64,000 nucleotides of DNA from Chloroflexota bacterium (GCA_026706445.1 JAPOYT010000174.1:5445-69444), one strand, 5' to 3'. Counted from the stretch's first letter, positions 1 through 10,686 are shown. Notes: generated by a model from the letters alone, not told the origin. A program made the numbers and translations.

Positions 1-540
1 GCTGCGCTTTGGCTGGTCAATAACAGGCTGGCTTACGACGCGCGGCAGTCTGCGGCCTATCAAGATTGGTTCACGGAGCGATTCAGATTCTGCGCGCGCT
101 ATTATGATGAGGCGCAAATAACCATCGACTTGTATCTAAGGCGCAATATCTCCTGCGCCGCCATTGACGATAGCAGCGCCTTCGAAGTTCGTTATGATGA
201 TGGCCTGCGCCTGCAAAATCTTTCCTTTGTATTCGAATCTGATACGCTCTGGTTTTATATGGCATGGACCAATCCGACGAGCGACACCTACGCTTTCTCG
301 CTTCAGATTTTCGACCAAGACGGGAACAAGCGGCTGCAGCAGGACACGGTCGTTTCCTCCCGCCAACTGCTGCAAGTTGTTGAGATTGACGGCGCTTCGC
401 TGCCAGCGGGCGCCTACTCCGTTCAGCTGATCGCCTATGATTTCGAAACGCAAATCAGCCAAGGCGGCACGGTATTCACGACGGGGGAACGCTTTGAACG
501 CGAGCTCGAAGTCGCCATCATTGAACTGGAACGCGAGTGA
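1..540 (+). CDS. C-terminal part of a GT-C-type membrane glycosyltransferase paralog (5' end outside the window)
   Basis: Frame 1 is open from nt 1 (AALWLVNNRLAYDARQ...) to the stop at 538-540. The listed 130..540 ORF is only its Met-initiated tail. The translation is colinear with the C-terminal domain of the four minus-strand paralogs (FSLQIFDQDG, SLPAGAYSVQLIAYD, RFERELEV). Confidence 0.7.
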   Translation, partial: AALWLVNNRLAYDARQSAAYQDWFTERFRFCARYYDEAQITIDLYLRRNISCAAIDDSSAFEVRYDDGLRLQNLSFVFESDTLWFYMAWTNPTSDTYAFSLQIFDQDGNKRLQQDTVVSSRQLLQVVEIDGASLPAGAYSVQLIAYDFETQISQGGTVFTTGERFERELEVAIIELERE

Positions 541-554
541 ATGAACCTGCGCCG

Positions 555-2459
555 TCAACCAGCGAACGAGAAGCGAGCGATTTCAACGTCGCGCTCGAAA
601 CGCTGGCTCCCTTCGACAATTGTTCCCGCCTGACTCTTATGCGAAACATAGTCGTACATGATCAGCTTGACGCCATACTCGCCCGCCGGCAGAGATGAAA
701 TATCCAGGCGCCGCGCATAGAAGCCGCTATTGCCGATGAGGTCGTCGGACTGCGGTCCCACTTTGGCGCCGTTTCGATCGAATAGCTGGATTGTATAGGC
801 GTATAGTCCGAATTGTGTCTGCCGCCACCAAGCGTATACCCTTAGCGCAGCCTCGTCCTGCTCCACCATAACATTCGCCAGCTCGCTGCCATTGTCGTAG
901 CGGATCGCGAAGGGCTGATTGCTTAGACGCAGCTCGCAGGGAATTTGGACCGCAATATAGTACTCGATGATGTTTGCCTCAGATTCCAGGAAAGGTTTGC
1001 AAGGCTTGTACTGTTGGATGAGCCAATTCTGGTAAATCGCCAGGTTCTTCAGATCGGTGTGCTTCGGATTATGGATTAACCAGAGGCCTTTGCTATTGGC
1101 GGCAATAGCCTCCAGACTCGCGTAAGTCGGCATTCCGCTGAATATGCCTTCACCCTGATCGGCTTCCTGCCAAATGCTGACGATATGTTTCCAATCCGAC
1201 AAGATCGGTCGATAGTATTGCAGTACCTTGCTTACGGAATGGTGGCGATTGTCGTCAGCGTGCATGCCAAGAATCAGTTCCTTGCTTCCGGGCAGCTTCC
1301 GCGCCTGGTAAATGAAGTCCTGGAAGTGAAGCCCTGTTTCGTACAGTTGCCCGCGCAATGCGGCATAGTTCGCAAACTCGTCCGAAGACGAATACACAAT
1401 ACAGCCCGCTAGCCAGAGGACTAGCGCCGGGATGCGCAGCGTTTTCCAATGAGGAAGATATCGCAGCGCAGTAGCCAATGCGGCGCAAACCGGTACCGCC
1501 AATACGGTCACATAGCGCATTCGGCTGGTGAAAAGAATCGGGGTCAGCTCGTTCAAGAGCAGCGCCGCAAGAATTGAATAAGAGCCCACGAGCATCAGAT
1601 ACCGTTCCCGCTCATTCAGGCGTCGGCGATAGATCAAAGCCAGCGCTGCCGCGCCCAATAAGGGGAACAGCAGTCCGTTTGAAAGGACCGACGAGACAGC
1701 ATGAATCGATTCGATCAAAGACAGCCGCACCGGCGGAAGCTCAGCGCCGCCTTCAAGCCCGCGAGCGACGACTGGCAGCCAAGGGGTAAACATCAGCTCA
1801 CCGGCCGCCATAACCATAACCGTCTGGAGCCAGCGCCTGTCTTTCTTTACATGCAAGAGCATATAGGCGCCCACGGCCGCGACCACTACGATACTGAAAT
1901 AGTGGGCATATATGACGGCTGCGATGGATAGAAACAGAGAAATCCATTTCCAGCGCGCCACCGATCCGCTGCTGCTGACAACTTGCCAGACTGACCAAAG
2001 CAGCCAGCCGGCCAATATGGGCAGGAACGTGTACATTCTGGCGATATGGCTGAAAAAAAGGAAAAAGGCCAGGCTCGAAAGCAAGATCGCCGCTGTCAGC
2101 GCGCTGTCGCGATGCCCGCCAATAAGCGCTATGCGATATGCGACGGAAACTGCGATCAAAGCAAAATAGACCGACAGCAGTCGCAAAACGAATAGATCCT
2201 CGCCCGCCAGCCAATGCCATAAGTTCAGGACGACGAAGTAAAGCGGACCATGCTGTGGACTGCGTGTCCTGACGCTTTCGAGCGTCTCAATGGCCTTGTA
2301 CCGCTGGTCCATTGAAGGCGAAAACAAATTGAATGCGGTGTTGGTTTCATCGTGCCCGATCGGGTAGGTCTTGAGGTTGCCGACGCCGTATGCGTAGACG
2401 ATTAGCAGGCAAACCAACAAGATCATCAGTCGAATATGGTGGCTGCCTGTGCGGTTCAT
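555..2459 (-). CDS. Polytopic membrane glycosyltransferase, GT-C fold (PMT_2/GT39/ArnT-like) with a ~280-aa C-terminal soluble domain; most divergent paralog
   Basis: 634-aa ORF. The N-terminal ~350 aa contain many hydrophobic helices, and an acidic motif follows TM1 (PIGHDETN) as in GT-C enzymes. The C-terminal domain is shared with the neighbours (YAWWRQTQFGLYAYTIQLFD...SSLPAGEYGVKLIMYD...RFERDVE). Confidence 0.7.
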   Translation of the reverse strand: MNRTGSHHIRLMILLVCLLIVYAYGVGNLKTYPIGHDETNTAFNLFSPSMDQRYKAIETLESVRTRSPQHGPLYFVVLNLWHWLAGEDLFVLRLLSVYFALIAVSVAYRIALIGGHRDSALTAAILLSSLAFFLFFSHIARMYTFLPILAGWLLWSVWQVVSSSGSVARWKWISLFLSIAAVIYAHYFSIVVVAAVGAYMLLHVKKDRRWLQTVMVMAAGELMFTPWLPVVARGLEGGAELPPVRLSLIESIHAVSSVLSNGLLFPLLGAAALALIYRRRLNERERYLMLVGSYSILAALLLNELTPILFTSRMRYVTVLAVPVCAALATALRYLPHWKTLRIPALVLWLAGCIVYSSSDEFANYAALRGQLYETGLHFQDFIYQARKLPGSKELILGMHADDNRHHSVSKVLQYYRPILSDWKHIVSIWQEADQGEGIFSGMPTYASLEAIAANSKGLWLIHNPKHTDLKNLAIYQNWLIQQYKPCKPFLESEANIIEYYIAVQIPCELRLSNQPFAIRYDNGSELANVMVEQDEAALRVYAWWRQTQFGLYAYTIQLFDRNGAKVGPQSDDLIGNSGFYARRLDISSLPAGEYGVKLIMYDYVSHKSQAGTIVEGSQRFERDVEIARFSFAG

Positions 2460-2571
2460 GGTTCCGTTCTCAGCTCATTCGAGCGACCCTGGCCGGCGCG
2501 ATAAAGCCGTTGACGCCAGAGCCATAGGTTGGCGCTTGCGCGGGCTTGACCCCGCGAGAACAGTCAAAGGG

Positions 2572-4467
2572 TCATTCCCCGATAGTGAATCGGCCGACCT
2601 CGATGTCTCGCTGAAAGTGAGTCTGCGGACCAACAACGAGCCCGGGCTGGCTCTTCAATGTCGCGCGTTCATAGACAATTAGCTTGAGGGCGAACTCGCC
2701 AGCCGGCAAGGACGAAGTGTCCAGGCTCCGTAGATAGAACCCGACATTGCCGATTGTGTCGTCTGACTGCGGAAGCATCTTCATTCCGTCTTGGTCGAAA
2801 ATCTGCAGCGTGTATTTGTAAAGGCCGAATTCTGCCCGCGTCCACCAGGCGTATACATTCAGCGCATCGCCGTCTAGCTCGAATACGATATTGCTCAATT
2901 CCGTGTCGCTGCCATATTGTATGGCGAGCGGCTCGGTAGCGGTCAACAATTCACAGGGCACATCTACCGGCGCGTAGCGCTCAACCACCGAGAGCGGCTT
3001 TTCGACGAAGCGGCCGCAGAATTGGTAATGCAACGCGAATGCTTCGGAATAAGCCGGTATCTCAGCCAATTCGGTCTGCTCGGGATTGTAAACCAGCCAG
3101 ACCGGGAATCTCCAGGCGTCCATGCTGTCCAGCGAGTTATATCTGCGGTCCAATGCCTGTATCTCAGCGGCGCCTTGACCGTTGGTCCATATATGGATGA
3201 GTCCTTTCACTTTGCCTGGAACCCGACCGTAAAACCCTAAGTGTCGGTCTGGAATCGGCGAGTCTGGATGGAAGCTCACGATGTAGTCCGATCCGTAAGT
3301 GACGACCGCCTCTGTATAAAACACGTCCTGATAATGCGGCACTTTGTGATGATTGAGGTTAAGCCAATTGGTGTAAGCCAGCAACTCTTCCGAGCGGGCA
3401 TATAACGCGAAGGCTGCGACCCACAAGATAACGAAGGGTATGCGAATGCGCCGCCACCCCGGTATCTGGTTCAATCCTATTGCAAGCGCGCAAGCCGCGG
3501 GCAGCGCCAATATGATCGTATAACGAAACCGTATCGCAACCACCACTGGAGCGAATTCATTTGCAATGATCATGAGCAGGATGATCGCGCCGGCGAGAAT
3601 TAAGATATACTTCTGCGACTTGCTAAGTCTTCCATAATGCAGGGTTGCGGCAATCGCGGCTACCAGCGCGATCACCGGCAGGCCGTTCGTGTAAGCCGAA
3701 GCCAGGGCATAGATTGACTCTATCATTGAGAGCGAGTAGCTTGTGTCAACGATCCGGTTTGACAGGCCTGAGGCATTCACCGGCAGCCATGGGACAAGCA
3801 AAAGCGCCGCTGCTATCGAAGCCAGGCTGGTTTGGAGCCAGCGCCTGCCCTTTGGGGCGAAGAAGACATGATAAAGACCGACAGCCGCAAGCAGTATCGC
3901 GCCATAATAATGTACCCATAAGATGGCGGCCGACGCGCTCATGTATGCGACCCAATAGCGGCGTGGAACGGCGCCGGCGGCGGACGTGATCTTCCAGTAG
4001 GACCAAGCCACCCAGACTGATAGCATCGCCAGCAAACTGTACATTCTGATGTTGTAGCTGTAATAGACAACGAAGGCGAGGCAAGCGGCCAGCAGCGCCG
4101 CGTCTATAGCCGTGTCTGCGCTGCCGGTCTCCAGCGTCAGTCGATATGCCAGCGCTACCGCGAGTAGACCGAAATATACGGAAAATATGCGCAAACTGAA
4201 TACATCTTGGCCCGCCAGCCTGATCCAAATATTCATCAGGACAAAGTATCCAGGAACATGGACATTCGAATTTATGACGCTATTGATTGTCTCGGGAATA
4301 CTGTAGGGCAGGTCAAATCGCGATTTTGCCAAGTGCCTGACGGTAAAGGGTTCGTCTACGGCTATGGGAGAAGATGTAATGTTGGAAAGGCCAAGCGCAT
4401 AACTCAAGACCAGGCACAGAACCACAATGGCGAAATGAGTCCTTGATCTCTGCGGCATATTCATCAC
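2572..4467 (-). CDS. GT-C fold membrane glycosyltransferase paralog with conserved C-terminal domain
   Basis: 631-aa ORF, colinear with 4607..6499 and 6632..8524. Shared blocks include LRIFSVYFGLLAVALAYRL, RMYSLLAML, RRWLQTSLASIAA, WRFPVWLVYNP and YAWWTRAEFGLYKYTLQIFD. Confidence 0.75.
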   Translation of the reverse strand: MMNMPQRSRTHFAIVVLCLVLSYALGLSNITSSPIAVDEPFTVRHLAKSRFDLPYSIPETINSVINSNVHVPGYFVLMNIWIRLAGQDVFSLRIFSVYFGLLAVALAYRLTLETGSADTAIDAALLAACLAFVVYYSYNIRMYSLLAMLSVWVAWSYWKITSAAGAVPRRYWVAYMSASAAILWVHYYGAILLAAVGLYHVFFAPKGRRWLQTSLASIAAALLLVPWLPVNASGLSNRIVDTSYSLSMIESIYALASAYTNGLPVIALVAAIAATLHYGRLSKSQKYILILAGAIILLMIIANEFAPVVVAIRFRYTIILALPAACALAIGLNQIPGWRRIRIPFVILWVAAFALYARSEELLAYTNWLNLNHHKVPHYQDVFYTEAVVTYGSDYIVSFHPDSPIPDRHLGFYGRVPGKVKGLIHIWTNGQGAAEIQALDRRYNSLDSMDAWRFPVWLVYNPEQTELAEIPAYSEAFALHYQFCGRFVEKPLSVVERYAPVDVPCELLTATEPLAIQYGSDTELSNIVFELDGDALNVYAWWTRAEFGLYKYTLQIFDQDGMKMLPQSDDTIGNVGFYLRSLDTSSLPAGEFALKLIVYERATLKSQPGLVVGPQTHFQRDIEVGRFTIGE

Positions 4468-4606
4468 GCCTTACCCTTTGGTGTGAATGACGCTTTCAGC
4501 AGCGTGAAAAAGCGCGGTATATTCACGCGAAGATATTTCGGAACGCAGCCACGCGGGAGGCCATTCACTCTTACGCCGGCTGCAGCCTGCTGCGGCGCGA
4601 TAACGC

Positions 4607-6499
4607 TCAACCCTCTACACTGAAGCCGCCAACTTCGACTTCCCGCTGGAAACGAGCCTGCGTACCTGCAACCAACCCGGGCTGGCTCTTCAGTGATTCC
4701 GTATCGTAAACAATTAGCTTTACGACATATTCCCCCGCGGGCAGGGACGAGGCATCCAAGCTGATAGTATAGAATCCGCTGTCGCCGATTAGATTGTCGG
4801 TCTGCAAACCCGTTTGCGCTCCCTCTCGGTCGAAAACCTGCAGCGAATAGGTGTATATCCCAAAATCTGTCCGCGTCCACCAGGTATATACATTCAAGGA
4901 ATCCGAAGCCGCCTCAATTTCGATGTTCGCCAACTCGGCGCCGTTGTCAAACTGTATGGCGAGCGGTTCAGAAGACCGTAGCAGCGCGCAGGACACATCC
5001 AGCGGCGCGTATCGCTCAATGACGGAGAGCGGCTTGTCAACGTAGCGGCCGCATGATCGATAATGGTTAGCGAAGCCATCGGCGTATGCGGGAATGCTCT
5101 CCAAGTCCGTCTCCCGCGGGTTGTAAACGAGCCATACCGGGAAGCGCCAAGATGCCATGCTCTCTGCAGAGCCCAGCGCTGGGGCGGAGCTATAAAATGC
5201 GGGAATGCCGTCGTCGTTCCAAATATGGATGAGCCCAGCCCATTTGCCCGGCATCTGGCTGTAATAGCTGCGATACTGCCAGGAAAGTGGCAAATCAGGA
5301 TGGAAGCTAACGATGTAATCATTTTCATGTGTGGTGACCGCGGGCTCATAGAGCAAATCCTGAAAGTGCGGCATCTTGTGCTGATTCTGCGTGAGCCAGT
5401 TAGTGTATAGTAGCATCTCGTCGCTGCGGGAATAAGCGACGAAGGCGCCGATCCACAGAATCAAAAAAGGAATGCGCAGCAACTGCCATGAGGGCAAAAG
5501 GCTCAGCACTGCAGCGAGCGCGCAAGCCCAGGGAAAGGCGAATATGATCGTGTAGCGGATTCGCCGCGCAATGAGCAGCGGAGCGACTTCATTTGCGGCG
5601 AGCATCAACAGGGCGATGGCGCCGGCAAGAATCAAAATGTACTTCTGGGCTTGGCCCAGCCGTCTGTAATTCACGGCTGCTATGATTGCGGCGACTGGCA
5701 CGAGGAATGGCAGGCCATTCGTGTAGATTGAAGCGATTGCCCGCGCGGAATCCACCAGGGACAAGGCATCGCTCCAGGGAACGCCTCTGCCCGCTGTTCC
5801 CGCCACAAAATACGGCAGCAGCGGGGTGAACAGCAGACCGGCCGCCAACGAAGCCAGGGAGATTTGAAGCCAGCGTCTCGTTTTCCGGGCGAAGAATACA
5901 TGGTAGACGCCAATCGCCGCCAGGACGATCAATCCAAAATAGTGCGCCCAGGTGATTGCGGCGGCGGCGCAAATGTAATTCAGCCAGCATCGTCGCGGAA
6001 CCGGCTCCTCCATAGAGGCGAGTTTCCAGTATGACCAGGCGACCCAAGCCGTCCCCAAAGCCAGCAAACTGTACATTCTGGCGGTATAGCTGTAGTAGAC
6101 AAAGTAAGCGATACAGGCAGCGAGCAGCGCCGCCATAATCGCCGTGTCCGCGCCGTCGATTAGCAGCGCAAGGCGGAAAGTGAGGGCAAGCGCCAGAAGA
6201 CCGAAGAAAACGGAGAGCAGGCGCAGCGTGAAGAAATCGCGGCCCGTCAACCGGCTCCAAATGTTCAAAATCACCATATATCCCGGAGCGTGATCGGGCG
6301 AGCGGGCGAATACGCTTGCAACGGTTTCAGCAATACTTAAGGTTGGGCTCGAATGCGATATCCAGAGATGTTTGATCGAGTTGGCTTCCGAGTCAAAAAC
6401 GGGATAAGACTTTAGGTTGGAGGCGCCAAGAACAAAGCTTAGCGCCAAGCAGAGCAAGACAATGGCGAAATGCGACTTGGATACGCGCAAGCTATTCAA
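4607..6499 (-). CDS. GT-C fold membrane glycosyltransferase paralog with conserved C-terminal domain
   Basis: 630-aa ORF. It shares long near-identical DNA and protein blocks with 6632..8524, e.g. GQAQKYILILAGAI, IRYTIIFAFPWACALA, GKWAGLIHIW and ANHYRSCGR. Confidence 0.75.
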   Translation of the reverse strand: MNSLRVSKSHFAIVLLCLALSFVLGASNLKSYPVFDSEANSIKHLWISHSSPTLSIAETVASVFARSPDHAPGYMVILNIWSRLTGRDFFTLRLLSVFFGLLALALTFRLALLIDGADTAIMAALLAACIAYFVYYSYTARMYSLLALGTAWVAWSYWKLASMEEPVPRRCWLNYICAAAAITWAHYFGLIVLAAIGVYHVFFARKTRRWLQISLASLAAGLLFTPLLPYFVAGTAGRGVPWSDALSLVDSARAIASIYTNGLPFLVPVAAIIAAVNYRRLGQAQKYILILAGAIALLMLAANEVAPLLIARRIRYTIIFAFPWACALAAVLSLLPSWQLLRIPFLILWIGAFVAYSRSDEMLLYTNWLTQNQHKMPHFQDLLYEPAVTTHENDYIVSFHPDLPLSWQYRSYYSQMPGKWAGLIHIWNDDGIPAFYSSAPALGSAESMASWRFPVWLVYNPRETDLESIPAYADGFANHYRSCGRYVDKPLSVIERYAPLDVSCALLRSSEPLAIQFDNGAELANIEIEAASDSLNVYTWWTRTDFGIYTYSLQVFDREGAQTGLQTDNLIGDSGFYTISLDASSLPAGEYVVKLIVYDTESLKSQPGLVAGTQARFQREVEVGGFSVEG

Positions 6500-6631
6500 A
6501 ACCGATCACTCTGTCGGGAAGTTTTGTGCTGTCAGACATGCCTACGATGCCTTGCCATGCAGTGCGCCTTAGTTCCATACTGGTACAGCTCAGTTTGACT
6601 CCGGCGACAGCTTGCGAATACAGGCGCACAG

Positions 6632-8524
6632 TCAATCCCCGATGGTGAAGCGGCCGACCTCGACTTCCCGCTGGAATTGAGTCTGCGATCCCGCAACCTG
6701 CCCGGGCTGGCTCTTAAATGAAATAGTGTCGTATACAATTTGCCGGACGACATACTCGCCCGCCGACAGGGACGATACATCCAGGCTTAGCGAATAAAGT
6801 CCGCTGTCGCCAATTAGATTGTCAGTCTGTGGCGCGGCTTTTGCTCCCTCGCTGTCGAAAACCTGCAGCGTATAGGTGTATTTGCCGAAGTCGGTCCGCG
6901 ACCACCACGAATATACATACAAGGTATCCGCGTCCAACTCAAAATGGATATTCGCCAATGCCGTGCCGTTGTCATAGTTTATCGCCAGCGGATCAGCAGA
7001 CGTTAGCAGGGCGCAGGACACATCCACCGGGGCGTATCGCTCAATCACAGACGATGGCTTTTCAACGAAGCGGCCACATGAGCGGTAATGGTTCGCGAAA
7101 CCTTCGGCGTATGCGGGTATGCTGCCTAAATCAGTCTCTTGCGGGTTGTAAATCAGCCAGACCGGAAAGCGCCATGACGCCATGCTGCTCACCGAGCCTA
7201 ATTCTGGGACGGAGCTTTTGAAGGCGGGGATGCCGTCGGGGGCGGTCCATATATGAATGAGCCCAGCCCATTTGCCCGGAATCTGGTTGTAATAATCAGG
7301 AATCTGCCAGGTGAGAGACGTATCTGGATGAAAGCTGACGATGAAATCCGATTCGTTTGTGACGACCGCCGGTTCATAGAGCAAATCTTGATAGTGCGGC
7401 ATCTTGTGCTGATCCTGCGTAAGCCAATTGGTGTAGAGCAGCAGGTCGTCGGTGCTGGAATAAGCAGCGAAGCCCGCTATCCACAAAATCAAGAAGGGAA
7501 TGCGGATGAGCCGCCAAGCCGGTAAGAGATTCAGACCAATCGCGAGCGCGCATGCCCATGGCAAGGCGAATATAATCGTGTATCTGATCCGCCGGGCATA
7601 GAGCAGGGTGGTGAATTCGTTAGCCGCCAGCAGCAGAAGAACGATAGCGCAGGCAAGTATCAAGATGTACTTCTGGGCTTGGCCAAGCCGTCGGTAATTC
7701 AAAGCCGCCGCGAGCCCGACGACGGGCGCAATGAAGGGCAGACCGTTCGTGTAAATCGAAGCCATTGCCAACACCGAGTCAACAGAGGATAGCGCATTGC
7801 TGTCGGGAGTACTCTTTGCTGCGATACCGGCGATTAAGACTGGCAGCCAAGGCGCGAATAGAAGAACCGCCGCTATAAGAGCCAGGCAAGTTTGGAGCCA
7901 GCGTCTGTCTTTGCGCGCGAAGGCAAGATGATATAAGCCGACTGCCGCAAGCGCGATCAACCCCAAATAATGCACCCATAAAATGGCGGATGACGCGGCA
8001 ATGAATGCGATCCAGTAGCGGAGCGGAACCGGGCGCGCCATGGACGTGACCTTCCAATAGCACCATGCGACCGAAACCGACAGCATCGCCAGCAATCCAT
8101 ACATTCTGACGGTATAGGTGAAATACACGGCAAAGGCGAGACTGGCCGCCAATAGCGCTGCGTCTATCGCAATATCAGCGCTGCCTGTCAGCAAAGCCAG
8201 TCTATAGGTGATGGCAACGCCAAAGAGACCGAAGTAAACAGAGAACAGGCGCAGCGCGAACAAATCTCGCCCGGCGAGGCGATTCCAAAGGTTCAACAAG
8301 ACGACATACCCGGGAGAATGGACTTTGTCGCTGACGACCGTATCGACAGTCTCGGGAAGACTATACGTGGGACCAAAGCGCGTTGCCGACAGATGAAGGG
8401 TGGAGTTGTATTCGGCGCCGACAATCGGAAAAGACTTGAGGTTCGAAAGACCTAGCACATAGGTCAAAGCCAAACAAAATGCAATCACGGCAAAATGAGC
8501 CTTCGTTCGGCGCAACTCGTTCAT
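6632..8524 (-). CDS. GT-C fold membrane glycosyltransferase paralog with conserved C-terminal domain
   Basis: 630-aa ORF, closest paralog of 4607..6499, with the same TM-rich N-terminal half and the same C-terminal domain. Confidence 0.75.
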   Translation of the reverse strand: MNELRRTKAHFAVIAFCLALTYVLGLSNLKSFPIVGAEYNSTLHLSATRFGPTYSLPETVDTVVSDKVHSPGYVVLLNLWNRLAGRDLFALRLFSVYFGLFGVAITYRLALLTGSADIAIDAALLAASLAFAVYFTYTVRMYGLLAMLSVSVAWCYWKVTSMARPVPLRYWIAFIAASSAILWVHYLGLIALAAVGLYHLAFARKDRRWLQTCLALIAAVLLFAPWLPVLIAGIAAKSTPDSNALSSVDSVLAMASIYTNGLPFIAPVVGLAAALNYRRLGQAQKYILILACAIVLLLLAANEFTTLLYARRIRYTIIFALPWACALAIGLNLLPAWRLIRIPFLILWIAGFAAYSSTDDLLLYTNWLTQDQHKMPHYQDLLYEPAVVTNESDFIVSFHPDTSLTWQIPDYYNQIPGKWAGLIHIWTAPDGIPAFKSSVPELGSVSSMASWRFPVWLIYNPQETDLGSIPAYAEGFANHYRSCGRFVEKPSSVIERYAPVDVSCALLTSADPLAINYDNGTALANIHFELDADTLYVYSWWSRTDFGKYTYTLQVFDSEGAKAAPQTDNLIGDSGLYSLSLDVSSLSAGEYVVRQIVYDTISFKSQPGQVAGSQTQFQREVEVGRFTIGD

Positions 8525-8670
8525 TGGACTAGACCCTCAATCGGCAACAGCGCTGCCTCCGCCTGGAAACCAGCAATCATTATACCTGAGCGCTTGATCC
8601 GCTGAAGGCGATAACAGCGCAAGAGCAGGGCGTGAATTCGCCTCTCCGCCTTCGCTAATCTCTCGTATTT

Positions 8671-8700
8671 TTGACAGCGCCTTGATCGCAGGACTATAAT
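8671..8700 (+). promoter_or_regulatory. Sigma-70-type promoter for the ABC importer operon
   Basis: TTGACA (8671-8676), an 18-nt spacer, then TATAAT (8695-8700). It lies 46 nt upstream of an AGGAG ribosome-binding site and the ATG at 8746. Confidence 0.6.
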
Positions 8701-8745
8701 CGCTTGGACACAAATAAATCGATTCAACAGATTAGGAGAATTCTC

Positions 8746-10686
8746 ATGAAGAAGTTGCTTTTGTTTGCTGTATGCAGCGTCGCGCTCGTACTGGCCTTCG
8801 GAACCGCCGCGGCGCAAGACATGATGTACGGCGAAGCGCCGATGCTGACCGCTCTGGTTGAAGCGGGTGACCTGCCGCCAGTGGAAGAACGCTTGCCGGC
8901 CGAACCACTGGTCATCACGCCAGTTGATCGCATCGGCGATTACGGCGGTGAATGGCGCTCGGCGATGGTGGGAGGCTTGGATCATATTTGGATGATCCGG
9001 CTGATGGCTTACGAAAACCTGATCCGCTTCACGCCCGATTGGACGGGCTTGATGCCGGGCGTCGCCAAATCATTCTCCGGGAATGCCGAGGCGACCGAAT
9101 TCACCTTTGAATTGCGCGAGGGATTGCGCTGGTCGGACGGCGCGCCCTTCACCGCGGACGACATCACCTTCTGGTACGACGATGTCCTGACCAACGAGGA
9201 CTTGACGCCGACGATCGCCACCTGGCTCATCTCCGGCGGTGAACCGCTGACTGTCGAGAAAGTCGACGACTATACGGTGAAATTCCACTTTAGTACGCCG
9301 AATGGTCTGTTTCTGCAGAACCTGGCTTCCATCCTCGGTTGCGGACCGACCAGTTATCCCCGTCACTATCTGGCGCCTTTCCATGTCGATTACGCCGAAG
9401 ACATGGACGCGCTGATTGAGGAAGCGGGCGCCAGCGATTGGGTTGAAGTATTCCAAGCCGCTGGCGGCGTAGAGCCCTGCTTCTGGACCAATACCAGCTT
9501 TTGGCAGTCGGACACCGTCCCGACACTGCATGCCTGGCGGCTGACAACGACCTATGGTGGCGGGACTGGCCGCGTCGTAGCTGAACGTAATCCCTATTAC
9601 TACAAGGTGGACCCGGAGGGCAATCAGCTGCCTTATATCGACACCATGATCTTCGACCAGCTTGAGGACAAGGAAACCCTGCTTCTACAAGTCCTGAATG
9701 GCGATATCGATATGATGGCGCGCCACTTCAACTCGGCGGCCAACCGACCGATCGTCTACGACAACCGCGAGGCGGGCGATTATTACGCTTACGGCGTTGT
9801 CGGTGAAGACGCCAACATGACGGCGCTGGCGATCAACCTGACACACTTGGATCCGGTCAAGCGCGAGATCTTCCAGAACAAAGATTTCCGCATTGGCCTC
9901 TCGCATGCCATCAATCGCCAGGAAATCGTTGATATCGTTTACCTTGGTCGAGGCGAGCCCAGGCAGATAGCGCCGCAGGCCGATTCGCCCTTTTACGACG
10001 AAGAATTCGCCCACCAGTACACCGAATACAGCGTCGACCTCGCGAACGAGCGCCTGGACGCCGCCGGCTACAGCGAGCGCGATGACGAGGGCTATCGCTT
10101 GGGTCCGGACGGCAAGCGCATCAGCATCGTCGTGGAAGCCGGCGATCTGTTTGGACGCGGCTGGCCCGATGTGCTGGAGTTGATCCAGGGCTATTGGGAA
10201 GCGGTCGGCATCGATATGGAGATTCGCATTATCGACCGCTCGCTGCTGGTCTCGCGCAAGGTCAATAGCGAGCATGACGCGACCATCTGGGGCGCTTCCG
10301 GCGGGCTCGATGTATATCTTACGCCGATCTGGTACTTCCCCTCCGACCCGGTTGAAAGCGCCTACGCGCCACTGTGGACCAAGTGGTATTTCGACCCCGA
10401 AACCGGCGAGGAGCCGCCCGAAGCCGCCAAGAGGCAGATGCAACTTTTCGACCAAATCAAAGCCACCGGCGACCTCAGCCTGCAAGCCGAGTTGATGGCG
10501 GAACTGCTGGCGATCGCGAAGGAAGAGTTCTATGTAATGGGCATCAACTCCAACCCGGGCGGCTATGGCATCGCCAGGAATTACTTCCGCAATGTGCCGG
10601 CAACATCGACCGGCTCGTGGAAATTCCCCTGGCCCGCGCCGATCAATACGACGCTCTTCTTCATCGAAGCGGGCGCCCAGCAGTAA
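8746..10686 (+). CDS. ABC transporter substrate-binding protein, family 5 (Opp/Dpp/oligosaccharide type)
   Basis: The ORF starts at Met15 of the listed ORF, preceded by AGGAG. It has a signal peptide (MKKLLLFAVCSVALVLAFGTAAAQD). Its ~645-aa size and block pattern fit cluster-5 SBPs (RWSDGAPFTADDI, NPYYYKVD, NKDFRIGLSHAINR). Confidence 0.8.
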   Translation: MKKLLLFAVCSVALVLAFGTAAAQDMMYGEAPMLTALVEAGDLPPVEERLPAEPLVITPVDRIGDYGGEWRSAMVGGLDHIWMIRLMAYENLIRFTPDWTGLMPGVAKSFSGNAEATEFTFELREGLRWSDGAPFTADDITFWYDDVLTNEDLTPTIATWLISGGEPLTVEKVDDYTVKFHFSTPNGLFLQNLASILGCGPTSYPRHYLAPFHVDYAEDMDALIEEAGASDWVEVFQAAGGVEPCFWTNTSFWQSDTVPTLHAWRLTTTYGGGTGRVVAERNPYYYKVDPEGNQLPYIDTMIFDQLEDKETLLLQVLNGDIDMMARHFNSAANRPIVYDNREAGDYYAYGVVGEDANMTALAINLTHLDPVKREIFQNKDFRIGLSHAINRQEIVDIVYLGRGEPRQIAPQADSPFYDEEFAHQYTEYSVDLANERLDAAGYSERDDEGYRLGPDGKRISIVVEAGDLFGRGWPDVLELIQGYWEAVGIDMEIRIIDRSLLVSRKVNSEHDATIWGASGGLDVYLTPIWYFPSDPVESAYAPLWTKWYFDPETGEEPPEAAKRQMQLFDQIKATGDLSLQAELMAELLAIAKEEFYVMGINSNPGGYGIARNYFRNVPATSTGSWKFPWPAPINTTLFFIEAGAQQ

